From contig DAOVJY010000001.1 in the NCBI GenBank assembly GCA_030632085.1, positions 271,402-335,401 on the forward strand: DNA of 64,000 nucleotides. The letters are read 5' to 3'. The DNA comes from Candidatus Omnitrophota bacterium (lineage in GTDB: Bacteria > Omnitrophota > Gorgyraeia > JAGLLT01). Under the pieces are notes generated by a model. The model did not search any database and was not told where the DNA came from. It worked only from the letters and a program-made list of their open reading frames with translations. Positions 59,727 through 64,000 of this stretch are shown one piece after another (position 1 is the first letter of the stretch; each line of letters begins with the position of its first letter). The translations under genes were made by a program, and so were the position numbers.

Positions 59727-59804
59727 CCAACAAATAACCCGAAAGAACTTAATCTTTCGGGTTATCAACATGGTAGCCCCAACCCGTGCTGTTCACTACG
59801 GATA
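59727..59804 (-). repeat. Array repeat copy 6 (reference copy)
   Basis: ATAACCCGAAAGAACTTAATCTTTCGGGTTAT hairpin, then TGGTAGCCCCAACCCGTGCTGTTCACTACGGATA (59771-804). Confidence 0.92.
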
Positions 59805-59869
59805 GGTTATTTCTATTAAATCTTTGCAATTTTTTCGCCCATCATTATATCATAATTCTTTCTAAAATT

Positions 59870-60784
59870 TTATTTCCATGGTCCGGAAACTTTCCATTTC
59901 GCATTAAATTTCTCATTTTTATTAATCGCAATAAGTGGTTTAATAAGAAACTTTTCTATCTCTCTGGCTATTATGTTCAACTTTTCCGGTACATACTTAA
60001 TATCTACCTTTTTCAGAAAGGCCCTCCATAATGTCTGACGATCGGACTTTTCGTCATAAATTTCTCCGGCAAACAATGGTTTACATTGTGGTAAAAAAGT
60101 TTTACGCTGTTTAAAAGTTCTTTTTAACGCTTCAGCAAGCCTTAATCCGTCAAAGTTAAACTGACGCATCATGAGCCAAATATCATAAAAATCTTTCATC
60201 CGGCTATTAAGAAGGCCCAGTTTTATCATAGCTTCAAATTTCTCACTAATAACGCTCTCCGCCGGATATCCTTTAAGTTTAGGTTTAGGAAAATCTAAAA
60301 TAACAGGATATTCAATTATTTTCGGCTTTGGATAAATGCTATCTCCAAAGCCTAAATCAATTTGCATAGGAATGCGAGAACGCTCAAGCACTCCGACAAA
60401 CTTAACCCGCACTCCTTCATAATCGGCATCTTCTTTGATGCGTTGACCTTTCACGCCATTAGAATCAAATATAATACCATCTGAAATCACATCTATTTTA
60501 CAAATATCCTTCATCATTTTCTCAATACTAAATATCTGGTTATCATATTGCGCTGAAAAATCTATATCAAGGGTTGCCCTTCGCTCGGGCACATGCCACA
60601 CAGTAAACATCAAAGCCCCCTTAAGAATAAACTTATCCGCATATTTAGACTGACTAACACGATAAAGAAATCTCTCTATTCCATAATATTGCAAAACCTC
60701 TGAAAATGGACGATTGCTTTCTCTCGCCTTATTTTGAAGCTGAGCCCGGATAGAGGCTTTTAAATTTTTAATGTCTTTTTTCAT
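59870..60784 (-). CDS. abiEii: AbiEii/AbiGii nucleotidyltransferase toxin (type IV TA)
   Basis: ERFLYR, FILKGA, R.TLDIDF, IDLGFGD, EKFEAM, NSRMKDFYD. Confidence 0.93.
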   Translation of the reverse strand: MKKDIKNLKASIRAQLQNKARESNRPFSEVLQYYGIERFLYRVSQSKYADKFILKGALMFTVWHVPERRATLDIDFSAQYDNQIFSIEKMMKDICKIDVISDGIIFDSNGVKGQRIKEDADYEGVRVKFVGVLERSRIPMQIDLGFGDSIYPKPKIIEYPVILDFPKPKLKGYPAESVISEKFEAMIKLGLLNSRMKDFYDIWLMMRQFNFDGLRLAEALKRTFKQRKTFLPQCKPLFAGEIYDEKSDRQTLWRAFLKKVDIKYVPEKLNIIAREIEKFLIKPLIAINKNEKFNAKWKVSGPWK

Positions 60785-61383
60785 ATCATTGTTTCAAGCA
60801 TTGGTTTAATAATTTTATGTACACGGCAAATCTTAGCGTATTTCATTATTTCGAGTGGTTTTATGCCCTTTACGGTAACCGCTATCTTAAGTGCATCCAT
60901 GGCAATATTTACACCTATTCTATTGCGAAACTTAAAACAATCAGCGACCGTTTTAGCAAGGCTGTAAACTCTGATTTTATGCCCTTCAGCTTGATGCACT
61001 TCAACGCCGGCATTCCAAGTTTTAACTGAAAAACGATAAAATCGTACTGGTGGGTATTTAATTTTATTGGTACGAGTCCCCGCGGGAATTGCAATATCTA
61101 CATACCCGGGTATCTCGTTCGTTGCTTCATGAAAAAAAAGGGCCGACACAAGACAAACAATCCCTCTTAGCGCCTGAAGAGACGCAATGACAAGATCAGG
61201 ATGCGGTCCAAACGTATAATGAGTCATCCGGTAAAGTCCCCTGGCAATCTTCTCTATTTCACCTTCTTTTTCAAGTTCTTTAAGCGTATCCGAATGAAAC
61301 CCCGCTTTTATAATTGAAGAAAACCGTGCAATGCCACCATGTTTTTTAAAATAGTTAAACATTTTCTCTGTTTTTTGTTTCAT
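60781..61383 (-). CDS. abiEi: AbiEi antitoxin
   Basis: ARGLYR, CLVSALFFH, KTVADCFKFRNRIG, YAKICRV. Confidence 0.92.
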   Translation of the reverse strand: MKQKTEKMFNYFKKHGGIARFSSIIKAGFHSDTLKELEKEGEIEKIARGLYRMTHYTFGPHPDLVIASLQALRGIVCLVSALFFHEATNEIPGYVDIAIPAGTRTNKIKYPPVRFYRFSVKTWNAGVEVHQAEGHKIRVYSLAKTVADCFKFRNRIGVNIAMDALKIAVTVKGIKPLEIMKYAKICRVHKIIKPMLETMI

Positions 61384-61533
61384 AGCCTCTCCGTATAAAT
61401 TGTCATTACTTATAAATAAGTATATACACTTTATACGATTATGTCAATGCTTTTTTTATTGCAGGGAAAAGTTACTATACACATAGCACAATGCCAATTC
61501 TTTATAACAACTATTCATAATGATATGGTGAAT

Positions 61534-61618
61534 AAAAAATCCTCTCCTAATTTTATTTTAAGAGAGGACTTCTATACTAAACTATGGTAGCCCCAACCCG
61601 TGCTGTCCACTACGGATA
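61534..61618 (-). repeat. Array repeat copy 7 (recombinase-proximal)
   Basis: Core 61585-618 matches 33/34; flanked by a different hairpin (TCCTCTC...GAGAGGA). Confidence 0.92.
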
Positions 61619-61904
61619 CTTTATTTATATTTACAGTTGATGGCATATAACACTAGCGCTCATAGGCCACTGGACAGAAAACGTGGCGTTCCTTGTGCAG
61701 CGATTGCATCAGACATTGAATTATATTACTCCAGAGATGATGGAATTAAAGACTGTCGCTTAATTAATCTGTCTGTTAAGCCCGGCATAGCTCATTATGT
61801 CTCTTTAATTCATTCTTGGCTTGTGCTGGGAAAACGTTAAGAAAAATAATGCCTAGGAAAAGATACGCTAGCCTTGTATCGTCAGGAGGAATGATTAAAA
61901 CACT

Positions 61905-62531
61905 TTATCGATGAAATAGTTTTTTATATTCCCCTTCTAAAACAGATTGCGCATCATCTATAATTTTGTCGTATTTCGCTATTAAATTTAGCAAGCCGCG
62001 CTTGTAGCACATCAGTAATCCAATTGTGCAGATTATAATAAGTGCGATTGCAAGAGCCCAAGACCGCAACTGCTCTATTATTATAACATTAGAGATAAGT
62101 TCATTAATAAGAACTCCTATAATGCAGATAATAGCTACAATAAAATACACGATACCGTGAAACGAAATAACTGGTCTTGTTTCGTTCTTTCTATCAATAA
62201 CATCAAGAGCGAATGTATCTTTTAGGCGCCTCTCGATTTTCGTATCTTCTATTTGTTGTATCTCATCATTCTTGTCTTTTAATTCATTAATTTCATAATT
62301 AGAGTATGCTAATCCTATACCTATGCTTGACATAGCAAAAACTGCAAAGAAAATGTTGGTTGTTGCGCTTGAGACACAGGTAGGAATTTTATGCTTATAA
62401 CAAAGCATGCCTATTATAATTAAAAGAGCAAAATAACTAAAGCGGATAACGTGTTTTATAATTGGCGTAGTTTGTTTTAGTTTGAAAAAAGGAAGAAAAA
62501 AAATCATTTTCAGGAAGGGATTTTCTGCCAA
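61905..62531 (-). CDS. Hypothetical ~4-TM membrane protein
   Basis: Two hydrophobic helix pairs separated by a charged loop; overlaps the upstream gene's end. Confidence 0.7.
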   Translation of the reverse strand: MAENPFLKMIFFLPFFKLKQTTPIIKHVIRFSYFALLIIIGMLCYKHKIPTCVSSATTNIFFAVFAMSSIGIGLAYSNYEINELKDKNDEIQQIEDTKIERRLKDTFALDVIDRKNETRPVISFHGIVYFIVAIICIIGVLINELISNVIIIEQLRSWALAIALIIICTIGLLMCYKRGLLNLIAKYDKIIDDAQSVLEGEYKKLFHR

Positions 62532-63037
62532 ATGGCATCAAATGTCTCTTCTAATTTTTTGGCTACTGGCGGGTTGTAAAAGTTAACATTACCCTTAACT
62601 ATACTATCCTCATCATTTTCGTCTTCTGGGTTATGCAGATCTTCTATCCGGTATCCTTTTTTATCTACCACAGCAAAGTGTTTAACCCAATTTTCTTGTA
62701 TACGCTCAGAGTCGACTGTTTTTATCTCAACCTTTCCTCCAAAATCGCTTTTCAATGTGTCTAAAATTTCATCCATTTTAATTTTGTGCCAGACAATTAC
62801 CTTTATTGATATGTTTTTTTTCACAAGTTTTTTAAAAGATTCTATCATTCCTTGGTGATTAAAGAACCGTTCGCTCAAGGTACCCGTGAGAATTTTGACA
62901 CTTTTTTCCGCTTTCTCAAATAGCAAATCTGTAAGATATACTGCATGCTCTAACGTGCTATTTGGTATGTTTATATTCTCTCGTCTATCTCTTGCTAATT
63001 TCGCTCGTTCTTTATAGTCGACTATGTCCATGTTCAT
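62510..63037 (-). CDS. Hypothetical protein, PLD-like fold with variant active site
   Basis: AEKSVKILTG, HFAVVDKKGYRIE, NFYNP..AKKLEETFDAIW; GGAGG RBS. Confidence 0.65.
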   Translation of the reverse strand: MNMDIVDYKERAKLARDRRENINIPNSTLEHAVYLTDLLFEKAEKSVKILTGTLSERFFNHQGMIESFKKLVKKNISIKVIVWHKIKMDEILDTLKSDFGGKVEIKTVDSERIQENWVKHFAVVDKKGYRIEDLHNPEDENDEDSIVKGNVNFYNPPVAKKLEETFDAIWQKIPS

Positions 63038-63497
63038 GCCTCCTGTTATTTTAAGTTCTGTATCCCCATAAGATTATCTCGCTATGTTCACCACGTACAC
63101 TTCTGATGTGATTCATTTTGATGAAAAAAATAGCACGAAATCGAACATTCGCGCTCTTGTATACAATTAAGTACTCCTTCAATCATAAACCTCTCCTTGG
63201 GGACCATAAAAGGCTCGTTGCAGGTTATAGTTTGGATGTTTAAAGTATACATCACTCGCTTGCCCCTTGTCAAGTCCAAACTAATATTTCTTTTTGGCTC
63301 CCATTGTGCTATTTAAATTCTCAACATTGATAAAGCCTGCTCCCTGAAGGAGGAGAAGTTCACGGCAATGGACTTACCAATATCTCCCAATTTCTTAAAT
63401 CAATCAGTCGCACTTTTATCCAATTTCGAATATTGCCACACTTTTTTATCCATTTTTTTACCATAACAATTAATATCCAAACTGTTTTCTTTAAGTA

Positions 63498-64000
63498 TCA
63501 CGGATACTCTATTTCCATCAAATCTTCGCAATTCCTTATTCCCATTATTATATCATACTCCGCATTTTTATAAATCATAATTTTAGCCGTTTTTTCTCTT
63601 GGATTTACTATTATTTCTTTTACAAATTGCCTTATAAACTTCTTCTTTTCCTCCATAGCACCATGCTCTAAAACATCGTTAAAGTTATCTAAATAGCCTA
63701 ACATCTTCTTTGTAATTCTCTCTATATCAGTTTTCCCTTCCAGGTTTGTTGTAATTTTAATACGTTCATCTAAAAGCATATCTCTTGTATGCTCCAGCTT
63801 ATTTATATTGGCCACTGCCCGGTCTAAATTGAGGCCCCTTTCTATCGCTTCCTCCCAATTCCTGATTTTTAAAGCTATTTCCTTAATCTGTATATCCAAT
63901 TCCCTGAGCCTGTTATCTGACCTATCCTGCATTAGAGAGATCTTTTCTCTCAGCTTATTTTCTAAATCTTCTCTCCACGTTCCGGTATCCAGCTTTTCCA
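63498..64000 (-). CDS. C-terminal part of a probable large serine recombinase
   Basis: Frame is open to the window edge (…EKLDTGTWREDLENKLREKISL-MQD…); coiled coil then FNDVLEHGAMEEKKKFIRQFVKEIIV, typical of LSR C-termini; catalytic domain not visible. Confidence 0.7.
   Translation of the reverse strand, partial: EKLDTGTWREDLENKLREKISLMQDRSDNRLRELDIQIKEIALKIRNWEEAIERGLNLDRAVANINKLEHTRDMLLDERIKITTNLEGKTDIERITKKMLGYLDNFNDVLEHGAMEEKKKFIRQFVKEIIVNPREKTAKIMIYKNAEYDIIMGIRNCEDLMEIEYP

Larger units (their letters stand above)
36045..64000 (-). mobile_element. Composite tandem genomic island / cassette array; right end outside window
   Basis: Seven direct repeats containing a tRNA-like 3' end; accessory cargo; TA and Abi systems; terminal recombinase-like ORF. 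Confidence 0.75.

Noticed and set aside
59771-59804. The repeats as functional tRNA genes
   Set aside because: Only ~13 nt of acceptor/CCA end; no D-arm, anticodon arm or intact TTCGA loop
59786-60031. 81-aa ORF starting inside repeat copy 6
   Set aside because: Antisense to abiEii; no equivalent ORF follows the other repeat copies
36045-61618. The 34-bp repeats as a CRISPR array
   Set aside because: Intervals are 0.7-12.5 kb and gene-filled; no cas genes; the repeats contain a tRNA-like 3' end
59014-61618. The repeats as classical integron attC sites
   Set aside because: No RYYYAAC…GTTRRRY architecture and no IntI tyrosine recombinase in the window
61637-61840. 67-aa plus-strand ORF
   Set aside because: No RBS or motif; coincides with the folded attC-like element
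63088-63279. 63-aa ORF
   Set aside because: No RBS or recognisable domain; more likely the promoter region of the 63037 gene

Overview
AT-rich bacterial chromosome segment, mostly minus-strand genes. Gene content and order suggest a diderm anaerobe, plausibly Omnitrophota/PVC (inference only). Bases 1-~36000 are core genome: dnaB-rplI-rpsR-ssb-rpsF-pth-rplY-prs-glmU, tRNA-Gln, spoVG, ispE, split transketolase, an unannotated bS22-like peptide, hisG, nrdR-nrdD-thioredoxin, glyA, otsAB/mscS and pur genes. From ~36045 to the end the window is accessory DNA divided by seven same-orientation copies of a composite repeat. On the minus strand each copy reads: att-like arm, then a tRNA 3' end (GTTGGGGCTACCA), then usually a terminator. 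The repeats delimit six integrase-free cargo modules: metal uptake, lipid modification/export, CA/Pcm/methyltransferase, MBL hydrolase, MazEF and AbiE. A seventh module holds a PLD-like + membrane gene pair and the C-terminus of a probable large serine recombinase at the window edge. Repeat copies are best conserved near the recombinase. This suggests a serine-recombinase-driven, tRNA-anchored, integron-like cassette array, which is the main candidate novel system.
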